Source: a bacterium
GTDB lineage: Bacteria > Electryoneota > Electryoneia > Electryoneales > Electryoneaceae
Direction of reading: 5' to 3'
Assembly: GCA_963669175.1 (NCBI GenBank)
Contig: OY769902.1
Coordinates: 4,576,001-4,640,000, forward strand
Length of the DNA stretch: 64,000 bases
Part shown: positions 33,850-44,887 of the stretch, piece after piece
Position numbering within the stretch: position 1 is the stretch's first letter
Layout: every line of letters begins with the position of its first letter
Translations under genes and position numbers: made by a program
Notes under the pieces: model-generated
Told to the model about the DNA's origin: nothing
The model's database searches: none
Seen by the model: only the letters and a program-made list of their open reading frames with translations

Positions 33850-36573
33850 TCACTTCAACAACACAACCCGTTGAATTGCGTTCAAGCCGCTTTCGTGCAT
33901 CAGGCGAATGAAATACACACCCGAAGCCGCTTCCGCCCCGTTCCAGGTGATTGTCCGGTATCCGGCCTGCATCCGGTGTTCTGTCCAGGTGGCAACCTGG
34001 CGCCCCAACACATCCACCACTTCCACCTGAATATTCCCTGCTGACGGCAAGGCTACCGACAGGCTGACCGTAGGATTGAACGGATTCGGCCAGGCTGACT
34101 GTACGGCGAATTCAGTCGGGAGCGAAGTCCCGAATTCCGGCGCGACACCGACAGGAGCATCGAACCAGTTCAGTGCCGCTTCCAGCAGCTCAACACGGCG
34201 AATGGTCGGTCCCGCGCCTGTGATCGCTTCAACCGCAAAAGCGCAATACATCAGCTTGTACGTTTCTGTCTCAAAGTACAGCGCACCAATTCCGCCACCT
34301 GAGACATAATTGTACGCTGCGACTGCACCGCCCTGCGGGATAATCGCGTCCGGATCGGTACTGTTCCCTGCGCCATCGCCAGCACCCAGTAGAGCCAACT
34401 GTGAGCCTGTGATCACGGGACCGGCAGCGCCATCGGAAGCTGTGAGCGCCTGTTGGGTTGTCGCGTCAGCATCCGATTCAGCCTTCAGAACATCATGGTA
34501 AAAATCTGTGCCGGTCAGTTGTTCATCAATATTCTGACCGAACAGGAAAACCCTCTTCCCTGCCGCAAGCATACCCTGGATCAACTGCTGATCACTTTCG
34601 GAAAGTGGCTGATCAACATCGCCCGTCAGCCAGATAACTTTGTTGCATCCGTCAAACGCTGTTATATCCGGAGTTGCCTCCGCTGCGGATACGGTCTGGA
34701 AAATAATCTCCAGTTCATTCAAGTCGCTCTGCAGGTAGGAATCAAAATCTGCGCCGCCATCATCATCTACCAGGATCACACCGGGAACGCCAATCAGGAT
34801 TGACCACGTTTCCTGAAGAACAAAATCACCCGGCTGGGCGGTCAGCGTAATCCCCATCTCAACCATTCTGCCGGTTTCCCAATCCGCCGGAACTGTAAAC
34901 TGGAACGGTGTACCGGAATTATCTGTCGTTTCTCCAGCGGCAAGGTCACCAAGATTTACGCCAGCGGTGACGATGTCAATGTTATCATCATCGAGTGTCA
35001 TCAAGGCAGCCACATCTGTAGCATTTTCCCAATCCGCATCGCAAGCGACTGTGATGACAACATCAATGGTCTCGCCCGGATCGATACGTCCGTTATCGTT
35101 AGGATCCGACATTTGCATATCGGTAATGGTCAGATGCGGAGATTGTGCGAGGACAAGGGAATTGTAGGCGTTGACACGTCCGGCGCCAAGCATGTTGGCA
35201 TACCCGGGATTAAAGCTGTCAATATTATCGCATCCTATCAGCAGCAACTCTTCCAGACGGTCAACACTCATCTCCGGGTCCAGCGACAGGATCAACCCGG
35301 CCACTCCCGCTGCATTCGGGCAGGCCATGGAGGTGCCATCCCACGCTACATAGTTGTAGTTGTGGTACAGGTTGTTGGAAATAGTGCTCCAGATGCTCGT
35401 GCCCGGCGCGGCGAGATCAACCCAGGTACCATAATTGGAGAAATTCGCAACTACATCGCCGGGACTTGTAGCCGCCACCGCGATCACGTTGTTATACGCT
35501 GCCGGATAACTCTGGGCGCTGCTGCCTTCGTTGCCTGCCGCAGCAAGGGTTAATGTTCCCAGGTTACGGGCATAGTTGATCGCGTTCTGGTAGGCCTGCA
35601 AGCTTCCCCCGCCGCCGAAGGAAATGCTGATGATTCGAGCGCCGTTATCCGCAGCGTACTGGATTGCAGCAGAAAAATCGACAGGATACCCCACGCCATA
35701 CAGGGTTGACCCGCCAATCAGGATGCTGTATCCGGCTCGTAACGGCATGGACCGAACATTCCAGGAAGCCGAGGGCACACCGATATCATTATCGGTAACC
35801 GAAGCGGATGTGCCGGCGACGTGGGTGCCATGTCCATGAATATCATGCCATACCTTGTTGTCACGTGGTGAATACTCCTCACCTTCAGGCACACCATATA
35901 TCTGTTCGACGTCTTCCCGGTCTATCGAAACAAAATCCCACCCGGCAACATCATCAACGAAACCGTTGTTGTCATTGTCGATCCCATCCAGGTCACCACC
36001 ATCATCAACACTGGTAGTATCGAACACGCCGTTGCCGTTGATGTCTTCATCCGGGTTCACATGAATATTAGCAGCCAGATCCTCATGAAATATCTCGCAA
36101 CCGGTATCGATTGTGGTGATGACAACCGATGTATCACCCGTGACAATATCCCATGCGTCAGGCAGATCCATCTGGTTCAGCCCCCACATGGTGTAATTGT
36201 TAAAGTCATCCGGATATACCTGGGCCACATGGTATTCTGAAATTTCAACCGTCAGAACTTCGGAATCCGTTTTAATCTGTCCATAGATACTGGCCGCATC
36301 GGCGCCGTTATCCCACCGGACCTCAAACCAGCGGTTCAACTCATGCCGCATCCACAGTTCTTTGTGGAAATCATCTTGAGGTTCGTAAAAGACAGGGCGA
36401 ATGTGGAGGTTTTCCAGGTCCAGCTTCGCTAATGCTACAGGCACATACTCTGCATATCGCGCCTGTTCAGCCGTATCATCATTCAGTTCAACGACCAGGG
36501 CTGACGGCAATTCAAACGCTGAGGCAGATAACGTCAGCAGTACAAACAGCGCCCACGTGCAGATGTGCTTCAT
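33850..36573 (-). CDS. S8 (subtilisin-family) serine peptidase with T9SS-type C-terminal domain
   Basis: Triad IDTG / HGHGTHVAG / GTSMACP, AAAGN; WPNPFNP...SGVYF; probable start ATG 36573. Confidence 0.93.
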   Translation of the reverse strand: MKHICTWALFVLLTLSASAFELPSALVVELNDDTAEQARYAEYVPVALAKLDLENLHIRPVFYEPQDDFHKELWMRHELNRWFEVRWDNGADAASIYGQIKTDSEVLTVEISEYHVAQVYPDDFNNYTMWGLNQMDLPDAWDIVTGDTSVVITTIDTGCEIFHEDLAANIHVNPDEDINGNGVFDTTSVDDGGDLDGIDNDNNGFVDDVAGWDFVSIDREDVEQIYGVPEGEEYSPRDNKVWHDIHGHGTHVAGTSASVTDNDIGVPSASWNVRSMPLRAGYSILIGGSTLYGVGYPVDFSAAIQYAADNGARIISISFGGGGSLQAYQNAINYARNLGTLTLAAAGNEGSSAQSYPAAYNNVIAVAATSPGDVVANFSNYGTWVDLAAPGTSIWSTISNNLYHNYNYVAWDGTSMACPNAAGVAGLILSLDPEMSVDRLEELLLIGCDNIDSFNPGYANMLGAGRVNAYNSLVLAQSPHLTITDMQMSDPNDNGRIDPGETIDVVITVACDADWENATDVAALMTLDDDNIDIVTAGVNLGDLAAGETTDNSGTPFQFTVPADWETGRMVEMGITLTAQPGDFVLQETWSILIGVPGVILVDDDGGADFDSYLQSDLNELEIIFQTVSAAEATPDITAFDGCNKVIWLTGDVDQPLSESDQQLIQGMLAAGKRVFLFGQNIDEQLTGTDFYHDVLKAESDADATTQQALTASDGAAGPVITGSQLALLGAGDGAGNSTDPDAIIPQGGAVAAYNYVSGGGIGALYFETETYKLMYCAFAVEAITGAGPTIRRVELLEAALNWFDAPVGVAPEFGTSLPTEFAVQSAWPNPFNPTVSLSVALPSAGNIQVEVVDVLGRQVATWTEHRMQAGYRTITWNGAEAASGVYFIRLMHESGLNAIQRVVLLK

Positions 36574-36782
36574 CTTTCCCTCCAAGGTCAACAAACAGAT
36601 TCCACCAACCTTAATAAGATACAGCATGTGACTGCTCATTAACAGGCATTCAGACTGCTCCAACTTCGACAAGAACACCACCTGCAGGTCTTCTATACAC
36701 ACATGTGGCAATCCTGCCACAACTGTCCTGACTCAGGCATGGAAGCCTCAATGCTGACCACCCTCTCCTATAATACTATAAT

Positions 36783-36850
36783 TATCAATGGTTTACATAG
36801 ACCGTGTAAGGTTTTTTACACCTGTAAAATCATATTGGCATACAGTTTGT
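36783..36850 (+). promoter_or_regulatory. Possible IHF site and non-canonical sigma-54 promoter
   Basis: TATCAATGGTTTA matches WATCAANNNNTTR; TGT-N10-ACA at 36805-36820; TGGCAT-N5-TTGT has GT rather than GC at -12. Confidence 0.25.
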
Positions 36851-36945
36851 TTGTGAAGAGACTAAACGCAGCAACTTGTTCATTACGGTAACGCAACAGT
36901 TCACATTCGCTCCAGGCATTCAGGGAGATTTACAAAGGAGTCGTT

Positions 36946-37761
36946 ATGCGCCTGGCTACACTTTACATATTTCTTGCTTCGCTTGTTCTGGTAATCATGA
37001 TCGGTTGCTGGAACAACAATGATGATAAGCAGGATGATGTGTATTTTGCGTTATCTTTACTTGCTCAAGAATCTGATCAGGGTACTCAAGTAACCGTTCT
37101 TTTTGCCAGCACAGACAATTCTGAAGCTCCGGAAGTCAAGATAGACGACCAACGTATCCCGACGTATATCGATGGTTCCCTGGTACGTGGTTTTGGCATT
37201 GTTGACCTGCCCGCCTCCGGTGACCTGCAGTATTCCATCCTGGCGAACGACCGTCTGTCCTGGGGAACGGCTTCTTTCCCGGAAACACCGTCAGGGATGT
37301 TCGCCAATGATAGCAGGCTAGCCAACAACAGCATGGCCGAGTGTTCTTCGCCCGAAAGTGTGAAGTTGCAATGGCAAAAACAGGATGATGTCACGTACAA
37401 GGTTTGCTACACGATCACTAATGGCGACAGCAGCAGGTTCGAATCCCATGCCCAGTACATCAATACACCGACCTATACCATGGTGTTGAATCCTAATTGT
37501 TCCAACGCGCAATGTGTGACCTTCGATGTGGAAGCGATCAATGGCCCACTGTTAATCCCCGGTGAGAAGCCGAACGCTCGCCTGGGATACGGAAAGGGCT
37601 ATATCACAACAACTTCCAACTTCCATTCCGGGTTACAGTTTTCAATGGACAGGCAGAATAACAGGCATGATTTAGCCACCATAAGCCGGCACACTACTGC
37701 AATGGCGAGACTGGCTGACTTCGAAGAATCCTTTTCACGGACGATAAGGATGTTGAGATAG
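36946..37761 (+). CDS. Hypothetical lipoprotein
   Basis: Signal peptide ending MIG-C; AAGGAG RBS. Confidence 0.78.
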   Translation: MRLATLYIFLASLVLVIMIGCWNNNDDKQDDVYFALSLLAQESDQGTQVTVLFASTDNSEAPEVKIDDQRIPTYIDGSLVRGFGIVDLPASGDLQYSILANDRLSWGTASFPETPSGMFANDSRLANNSMAECSSPESVKLQWQKQDDVTYKVCYTITNGDSSRFESHAQYINTPTYTMVLNPNCSNAQCVTFDVEAINGPLLIPGEKPNARLGYGKGYITTTSNFHSGLQFSMDRQNNRHDLATISRHTTAMARLADFEESFSRTIRMLR

Positions 37762-37818
37762 AGGAGTAAAAAAGTCGCATCGGGGAGTTGACAGCGCCCA
37801 CCCTTCTACCCCGAGCGT

Positions 37819-37846
37819 AAACCCGTCCCAGTGGACGGGTTTTTTC
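37819..37846 (+). terminator. Rho-independent terminator
   Basis: aaacccgtcc/ggacgggttt stem followed by a T-tract. Confidence 0.75.
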
Positions 37847-37929
37847 TGTTGAATCCCCTGAAGCTCTTGCATTTCAGCCCTTTCTAATACAGTTTATATG
37901 TAGATGGGAACTTGCATGGGGAGAATAGT

Positions 37930-40425
37930 ATGAAAAACATCAAACCCTTCCTTTTCGTCTTCGTGATACTGTTGCTTGTTTCACCTGTTTTAGCCCAACT
38001 CGATACGATGATTGTGGGCTATTCATCCATTGATTACCAGAAAGCCGGGAGTGTGGGAAGGACCATTGATAATTTCCCTGGTGAATACGGATACTGCTAT
38101 GATCCGGACCTTTTAGTGTGGATCAAGGAACAAGATGAACGTCGATATGCAGCTTATACAATTTTCGATTGTGATAATGGGTATAACTCCTCCCCCGCTG
38201 GAGCACAAATAAATGGGCACGGTCTGGTTGATTATGTGTCACTAGCCACGTATTACGATGATGTCCATTATTACTCCGATTTCTATAGATATGTCACTGC
38301 CTATGGAAAACTGGACAGTAATACGGTAGCCAGTTGTGACTGGATTGACTTTCCTGAGATATTCCTGGAAACAGCTATCGACAACATTGACATCAGCATT
38401 ATCGGTACACCGCATATTTGCATCACAGAAAACGGTATCATTCATATTGTTGCTCACCAGATGAATATTGATTCAACAAATGCTCGAGGTCTGTATTACA
38501 TCCAATGCCAGTATAGTGAGGACGGCTATCATCTCGAACCGATTGGAAGTTTCACCGAAATCACCCCATACGGCCTCAACCTGTCTGCCGATATCGCGGT
38601 CACTGAAGACGGTTCACGAGTTGCGATTGCTGCCGTCATGCACCGTGATGCTGTCCTGAACGATCAAGCATATGCGCCGGACAATTTCAACGGCGATATG
38701 GTTGTCTGGATCAGTGAAGACGGCGGCGAAACCTGGGACTGGGACAATCCCATTAACATCACCGATTTCCAGGGGCCGGAAGACGGTGAAGATCGTGACA
38801 CACTACGCGCATACAACGATGTGAATGTCCTGTTTGACGCCAATGGCACCCTGCACGTCGCCTTTGTAGTCCACGGTTTCCATACTGCACCGGAACGTTA
38901 TACCACCTCGACCTCCCTGATCTATCACTGGGATGAAGCCTTTGAAGTCACCCATCTGGCGGTTGATGCACGTGAACTCGATTCCCACATGTCGCTTGGC
39001 GGCGGAATGCGGACAGTTCAACGTCCCACGATGGCCTATGATGCAAATACACATATCCTGTTCATGGTCTACCAGCGTGCCGGCGATCCCGCTTTTCCTG
39101 AAGACTGTTCTGATGACGGCTATGCGAATTCGGAGATATTTGTCACTGCCAGCCCGCCTTTCCCTACCGCAGGTCGTCTCTGGTCCACACCGGTCAACAT
39201 TACCAATACGCATTTTGAAGGAGAAGGTGGCGCTGCTGCGGGGGAATGTAAAAGTGAACGTGATCCCTGCGTTGCAATCCGAAACGATGATGAGTATTTA
39301 CACATCACGTACCTGCTCGATCTGGATGCAGGAACAGCAGGTATGGAAGAAGGGAATGCAACCAACAATCCAGTCGTGTTCCAGCGTTATGAAAAAACCA
39401 CACTGATAGACGAATTCGAAGCGTTCGCAGCCTGGGTTCCCAACGTGCCCTTGCACCATGATTCAACTGATTTTTGGACCGATCCACTTCATTATTCCTG
39501 GGAGTTGCATGGAAATAGCTTCAATGTAACCTATCCTCCTTTACGGCCGGGAATATTTAGTGATCCTTCAACGATTCGCTTAGGCACCATTTACCCTGGC
39601 GCTACCACGTCTATGGATCATGTGATTATCAACAACACACTCGAAACAGTTGAGATTCTTAATATTCAGTACATTGCCGATAACAACCTGTTCAGTATTG
39701 ACCTTCACATTGGTGACATGATTGCCCCTGTCACCATGCACGAGGTGACAACAACCTTTTCCCCAGAAGTCTCCGGTAACTTTGCCGATGAGATTGTAAT
39801 TCGGACATCAAGTACAAATCATCCTCAGTTTCGTATTCATCTCCTTGGTCAGGCAGCCATACCGATACCAGCCAGCATACATGCATACGCAGATTCTCAA
39901 AATGGAAATGTGGATTTAAGCTGGGAATATGACGCACTTGAGGACTTTGATTCACTCTATTTCAACATTTACAGAGACAACGAGCTAATCGATACATCAA
40001 ATACCCTGAGTTATATCGACCACCTGGAAAACATGCCGAATGCCTTATATGCATACTGGATAACCGCAGTAGCTGAAGGACATGAATCCTTGCGCTCAGA
40101 TACGTATTATATTAATTGGCAGGGATTAGGAGTAGATGACATTGATACCGATTTGTTCCCTACCGAGTGGGCCGTATCCGCACTCTTCCCCAACCCGTTC
40201 AACCCGACTATTCATGCGGAGATCGCTGTTCCTTCCAGTGAACATGTGCAGGTGAACGTCTTCGATATCCTTGGACGAACAGTAGCTACACTGGTCAATC
40301 GTGAGCTGGAAGCCGGGTATCATACGTTACACTGGACCGCCGAGGGACCGTCCGGGGTGTATTTCCTGGTTACGGCAAACTCCTCAGGCTGGCAAGAGAT
40401 AAACCGTGTGGTATTCCTGAAGTAG
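37930..40425 (+). CDS. Secreted beta-propeller/Asp-box protein with Ig-like and Fn3-like domains and T9SS-type C-terminal domain (tandem paralog 1)
   Basis: Signal peptide; SEDGGETW Asp-box; FNIYRD Fn3-like; FPNPFNP...SGVYF. Confidence 0.87.
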   Translation: MKNIKPFLFVFVILLLVSPVLAQLDTMIVGYSSIDYQKAGSVGRTIDNFPGEYGYCYDPDLLVWIKEQDERRYAAYTIFDCDNGYNSSPAGAQINGHGLVDYVSLATYYDDVHYYSDFYRYVTAYGKLDSNTVASCDWIDFPEIFLETAIDNIDISIIGTPHICITENGIIHIVAHQMNIDSTNARGLYYIQCQYSEDGYHLEPIGSFTEITPYGLNLSADIAVTEDGSRVAIAAVMHRDAVLNDQAYAPDNFNGDMVVWISEDGGETWDWDNPINITDFQGPEDGEDRDTLRAYNDVNVLFDANGTLHVAFVVHGFHTAPERYTTSTSLIYHWDEAFEVTHLAVDARELDSHMSLGGGMRTVQRPTMAYDANTHILFMVYQRAGDPAFPEDCSDDGYANSEIFVTASPPFPTAGRLWSTPVNITNTHFEGEGGAAAGECKSERDPCVAIRNDDEYLHITYLLDLDAGTAGMEEGNATNNPVVFQRYEKTTLIDEFEAFAAWVPNVPLHHDSTDFWTDPLHYSWELHGNSFNVTYPPLRPGIFSDPSTIRLGTIYPGATTSMDHVIINNTLETVEILNIQYIADNNLFSIDLHIGDMIAPVTMHEVTTTFSPEVSGNFADEIVIRTSSTNHPQFRIHLLGQAAIPIPASIHAYADSQNGNVDLSWEYDALEDFDSLYFNIYRDNELIDTSNTLSYIDHLENMPNALYAYWITAVAEGHESLRSDTYYINWQGLGVDDIDTDLFPTEWAVSALFPNPFNPTIHAEIAVPSSEHVQVNVFDILGRTVATLVNRELEAGYHTLHWTAEGPSGVYFLVTANSSGWQEINRVVFLK

Positions 40426-40457
40426 GATTAGCTATTACATAGAATACGGGAGGAGCC

Positions 40458-42965
40458 ATGAGATATCTGAAGACTACTTTGAGCATGATCGTGTTGCTGG
40501 TTGTCTCACACGTAGCAAAGGGACAACTGGATACGATGATCGTGGGGCGTACGAACTGCGATTACCAGAAACCGGGAAGCGTGGGAAGAACAATCGATTA
40601 TATTCGTTTCGACAACCTTTACGACAATTATGGTTCTTGTCATGAACCCGAGTTTATTACATGGATTGATCAAGATATTGCAGGTCGGTACGTCTATTTT
40701 TCTGCGATTGATTTTGACGATAGCATTCAAGAATACACAGGCGGTTTATGTATAACTCCTGAAAGTTCCGTGGACTATGCCACTTGTGCTTCCTACCTCC
40801 TGGATCAAAACCATAACCGTCTTCTTGACATTATTTTCGCCTGTGGTTTACAGAACGAGAATACAATTGTTGGATTAGAATGGTTTATATTTCCTGGTAA
40901 CTTTATGCACGAGGATATCGATAATATCGGTATTAATATAATTGGCAGCCCCCATTTAGCCATTGATGAATCTGGGATTATCCATGTAGTTGCTCATCAA
41001 ATGAATATTGATTCCACGGATGCAAAAGGCTTGTTTTACATGAAATGTGAATTTAATGAGCTTCAATATATGGAACCCAATGATGGCTTTTCTGAGATAA
41101 CCGGGAGTGGTTTGAACCTGTCAGCCGATATTGCCGTTACAGAGGACGGCTCGCGAGTTGCCATTGCCGCTGTAGTTCATCGTGACGCAATCCTCTATGG
41201 ACAACAGCATGCTCTGGATAATTTCAACGGGGATGTGGTGGTCTGGATCAGTGAAGACGGCGGCGAAACCTGGGACTGGGACAATCCTATCAACATCACC
41301 AGTTTCCAGGGACCGGAAAACGGCGAAGATCGTGATACCTTGCGTGCATACAATGATGTAAACCTGCTCTTTGATGCGAATGACAACTTGCATGTTGCCT
41401 TTGTGGTGCATGGTTTCCACACGACTCCGCAACGCTATGCTACACCAACCTCGATGATTTACCATTGGGATGAAGCTTCAAACCTGGTGGCTCTTGCCGC
41501 TGATGGACGTAGCTTTGCAAGCGGGATGGACCTCGGGGCAGGGATGCGTACAGTACAGCGTCCTACGATGACCTATGATGAGTCTATGAGTACGTTGTAT
41601 ATCGTTTTTCAGCGTGCTGCAGATCCGCTCTTTCCCCAGGACTGTTCCGACGACAACTACGCAAATTCGGAAATATTAATTACTGCAAGCCCTCCTTATC
41701 CGGAACCTGGCCTGTTATGGTCTGCGCCGGTAAACATCACCAACACCAGGCATTTTGGCGGACAAGGCGCAATTGCGGGAGAATGTCAAAGCGAACGTGA
41801 CCCTTGCGTCGCCATCCGTAACGTGGATGAATACCTGCACTTTACCTACCTTCTTGATCTTGACGCCGGGACAGCAAACGCGGAAGAAGGCGCTGTAACA
41901 AATAACCCGGTTGTTTTCCAACGATACAGCAAAACTGAGTTACAATCTGAGTTCCAGACGATTCAAACATGGGTGCCCAACGTACCCTTGCATCATGACT
42001 CATCAGACTTCTGGTATGATATCCTCGACTATTCCTGGGACGACCATGGCAGCAGTTTTTATGTCAACCAGTATCCCAGCCCGAATGGTTTTACTATCAG
42101 TCCATTACTGCTGCAATTCGAAAACTGTATCCCCGGTATAGTATATGTGGATACCCTGTTATTACAAAACAGTTCAGCGGACACCATTGACATTCTTGGT
42201 TATCGTTTCGAATCAGGAGGTAATCGTTTCATCACTGAACTGCAAATTGGGACAAGGATTCCACCCGGATCTGAAGCGAATGCGGTGATACGGTTCCGTC
42301 CTGACAGGTTTGGTGGGTACTTCGACAAGTTGATACTTCAGACATCCTGTCAGTTATTCAGTGAGGCGCGGGCGAATCTGTACTGCGAAATGAGTAGTCC
42401 ACCACGTGCTCAAGCTTTAACTGGTACTCTAAATGATACAACCGGGTTGGTCTACCTGAATTGGGAATATGAACCGGCAGAGGTGTCCGACTCAATTATA
42501 TATTCGATCAATCGTAACTATGAATCGATTGGAATGAGCAGAACAACAAGCTTCGTCGATACACTGACTGAATTGCCTGCCGATGAGTACATGTACAATG
42601 TAATCGCGCATTTCAGAAACCAGCCTGCCCCCCGCAGTAACACAATTTCAGTGAACTGGGAAGGATTGGGTATACAAGATGGCGCTGATGAACAACTCCC
42701 AACCGAGTGGGCCGTTTCCGCGTTGTACCCCAATCCCTTCAACCCGACTATTCATGCGGAGATCGCTGTTCCTTCCAGTGAACATGTGCAGGTGAAAGTC
42801 TTCGATATCCTGGGACGAACAGTAGCAACTCTTGTGAACCGGAAAATGGAAGCCGGGTATCATACGTTGCACTGGACCGCCGAGGGACCGTCCGGGGTGT
42901 ATTTCCTGGTTACGGAGAACTCTTCCGGCTGGCGCGAGGTAAACCGTGTGGTGTTCCTGAAATAG
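40458..42965 (+). CDS. Secreted protein, tandem paralog 2 of 37930-40425
   Basis: Colinear with the upstream gene over its whole length; YPNPFNP...SGVYF. Confidence 0.87.
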   Translation: MRYLKTTLSMIVLLVVSHVAKGQLDTMIVGRTNCDYQKPGSVGRTIDYIRFDNLYDNYGSCHEPEFITWIDQDIAGRYVYFSAIDFDDSIQEYTGGLCITPESSVDYATCASYLLDQNHNRLLDIIFACGLQNENTIVGLEWFIFPGNFMHEDIDNIGINIIGSPHLAIDESGIIHVVAHQMNIDSTDAKGLFYMKCEFNELQYMEPNDGFSEITGSGLNLSADIAVTEDGSRVAIAAVVHRDAILYGQQHALDNFNGDVVVWISEDGGETWDWDNPINITSFQGPENGEDRDTLRAYNDVNLLFDANDNLHVAFVVHGFHTTPQRYATPTSMIYHWDEASNLVALAADGRSFASGMDLGAGMRTVQRPTMTYDESMSTLYIVFQRAADPLFPQDCSDDNYANSEILITASPPYPEPGLLWSAPVNITNTRHFGGQGAIAGECQSERDPCVAIRNVDEYLHFTYLLDLDAGTANAEEGAVTNNPVVFQRYSKTELQSEFQTIQTWVPNVPLHHDSSDFWYDILDYSWDDHGSSFYVNQYPSPNGFTISPLLLQFENCIPGIVYVDTLLLQNSSADTIDILGYRFESGGNRFITELQIGTRIPPGSEANAVIRFRPDRFGGYFDKLILQTSCQLFSEARANLYCEMSSPPRAQALTGTLNDTTGLVYLNWEYEPAEVSDSIIYSINRNYESIGMSRTTSFVDTLTELPADEYMYNVIAHFRNQPAPRSNTISVNWEGLGIQDGADEQLPTEWAVSALYPNPFNPTIHAEIAVPSSEHVQVKVFDILGRTVATLVNRKMEAGYHTLHWTAEGPSGVYFLVTENSSGWREVNRVVFLK

Positions 42966-42992
42966 AGAGACACGCAAAACTTGCTACGAGCA

Positions 42993-43022
42993 GCCCCGAG
43001 CTATTGTCAGCTCGGGGTTTTC
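42993..43022 (+). terminator. Rho-independent terminator
   Basis: gccccgagct/agctcggggt stem followed by Ts. Confidence 0.7.
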
Positions 43023-43442
43023 TCGCTCTCCAGTCCTTGTTTCTTCAGCACTTGTATCGCCTCCTTTCAAATATTTACACTAATAAAATGATTGACTCGC
43101 AATTATTATTACACCATCTTAGAAATAGTTGCCGTAGGAAACAGCAACGCGAAAGCAAGAAGTACTGGCTGATGTATATGGCCAGAGCGCCCCACTGGGG
43201 TGCATGGAACAGCCGTGTTTCCCTTCCTCCTTAGCAACACGGCTGTTCTGCCCATCGGACGATGCGCCCCCGTCCGATTCATTCTCCCTGCCCGGCATGG
43301 ATCGCAGCCATTGCCGGGTATTTTGCTCTCGTTTTCGGATTCTTCTTCTTCAATTCACGCCTGGTTTGGCCCGACTGCTTGCTGTCGGATTTCAACCGTA
43401 TATCACGAGTGTCATCTCACTGGCCTATGTGTGTTACTGACG

Positions 43443-43657
43443 AATCATCGCGAAAAGGGGACGGGATCCTTTTCCGCGCATTGATATCACACTCTGTGAA
43501 AAAAGGGGATGGAAAAGGAAACTGTACCCTTTTCGGTGTGAGGATTCTTCAACTGCTCATCTCACCGGCAAATGGGGACAGCCACCTTTTCGAATTCCTG
43601 CATCACGGAACAACTCATCACCGCACAACGAAAAGGAAACAGTCCCCATTTGCTGCC
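43443..43657. repeat. 215-bp direct repeat, copy 1 (composite of four REP-like palindromes)
   Basis: Matches 45035-45248 with about 7 differences counted by eye. Confidence 0.92.
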
Positions 43658-43681
43658 GGTTTATTCTCGTGTCCAGACTCC

Positions 43682-44887
43682 TCAACGAATGAGCAATACT
43701 TGCCTGGTTTGCACACTTTCACCGGTCACGTAATAGCTGCCCGTGGGCAAATCCTGCAAATCCAGGGTAAAAATGGTATTAGCCTGAGCTGGCAGCCACC
43801 GCACCTGACGGCCAAGCTGGTTGAACAGTGACAGCCCGGTTGATCCGCCGTGTATACAAATACTGATTTGCCCGTTGGTGGGATTGGGCCAGGCATCCAG
43901 TACGATGGTTGGGGGCAACTCAGGTTCGGTTTGGTCCGGCACAGATGAGGGATTGTGCCAGTATTCCCAGGTTTCACCATAGTCCGAAGTAAACAGGATT
44001 TCAAAACTGTTGGGAATACCGTAGTAATAGGGACCATACCAAAGCAACACCATCTGCCCCGGTCCCCAACCGGGATACAGGTTCAGCACCCAGTCGTTGT
44101 TCACGGAATGCTGCATGAACCGGTTGGTCAGGGTCCAGGTGGCGCCCCAATCTGTAGACACATAGAGGTTTTGGGTATAAAAAGACACAAGGTACAGTTC
44201 ACCCGGCGCATAACCGGGAAACACCCACCCACGCATGTCTTCTGAAGGTATATCCAGGCTCCAAGACACTAATGCATAATTATTGGAATAGTCGTCTGAA
44301 ACCAAAACAACTGTTGTGTCACTATTTGTGTCACATACATAGAGATGTTGTCCATTTTGCCACCCGGCGCAATAATCAATAGCATGAGTTCCCTCAAGAC
44401 CATTCCGTTCAGCTATATAAGTCGTCCTAAGCGTATCAAAAGACCACCAATATATACTGTACAAGAACACTAACGAATCTGAATCCGGCATCAGGTTCCA
44501 TGCACTGTACAGTGGCTCGCTTGAAATCCCGGTATTTTGAAGTGAATCGACACCGGATGTGGTCTTATAAAAGGTTGTATCTTCGCCTAACGAGTGTACC
44601 CAGATACTATTGGATTGTGGATGTGCATCTACACCACAACTTCCAGCGAATCCTAAAGGTAATGAAAATGTTTGTGCATAATCATCGGTATGAACCAGCA
44701 CTAGATGAAAGACGGAATCACTGGTCACAGAAAAATATAATTCTCCTTCATCTGGCCCAACCGTAAGTAAATTCCAAATTTTTGCATGTGCTGGTAAAGT
44801 AATGACACTTATCAAGATAGAAACAATACATACCACGTACAGTCCCATAAGTATCAGGTATTTGTGTTTGTGGCGTGCAGCGTTCAT
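43682..44887 (-). CDS. Secreted BNR/Asp-box repeat protein with short T9SS-type C-terminal domain; paralog of 13566-14777
   Basis: TDDYAQTF, STDWGATW, TSDYGETW; WPNPTNG...GSYY. Confidence 0.82.
   Translation of the reverse strand: MNAARHKHKYLILMGLYVVCIVSILISVITLPAHAKIWNLLTVGPDEGELYFSVTSDSVFHLVLVHTDDYAQTFSLPLGFAGSCGVDAHPQSNSIWVHSLGEDTTFYKTTSGVDSLQNTGISSEPLYSAWNLMPDSDSLVFLYSIYWWSFDTLRTTYIAERNGLEGTHAIDYCAGWQNGQHLYVCDTNSDTTVVLVSDDYSNNYALVSWSLDIPSEDMRGWVFPGYAPGELYLVSFYTQNLYVSTDWGATWTLTNRFMQHSVNNDWVLNLYPGWGPGQMVLLWYGPYYYGIPNSFEILFTSDYGETWEYWHNPSSVPDQTEPELPPTIVLDAWPNPTNGQISICIHGGSTGLSLFNQLGRQVRWLPAQANTIFTLDLQDLPTGSYYVTGESVQTRQVLLIR

Noticed and set aside
37930-42965. Diversity-generating retroelement TR/VR pair
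   Set aside because: Both copies are full genes, differences are not adenine-specific, and no reverse transcriptase is present.
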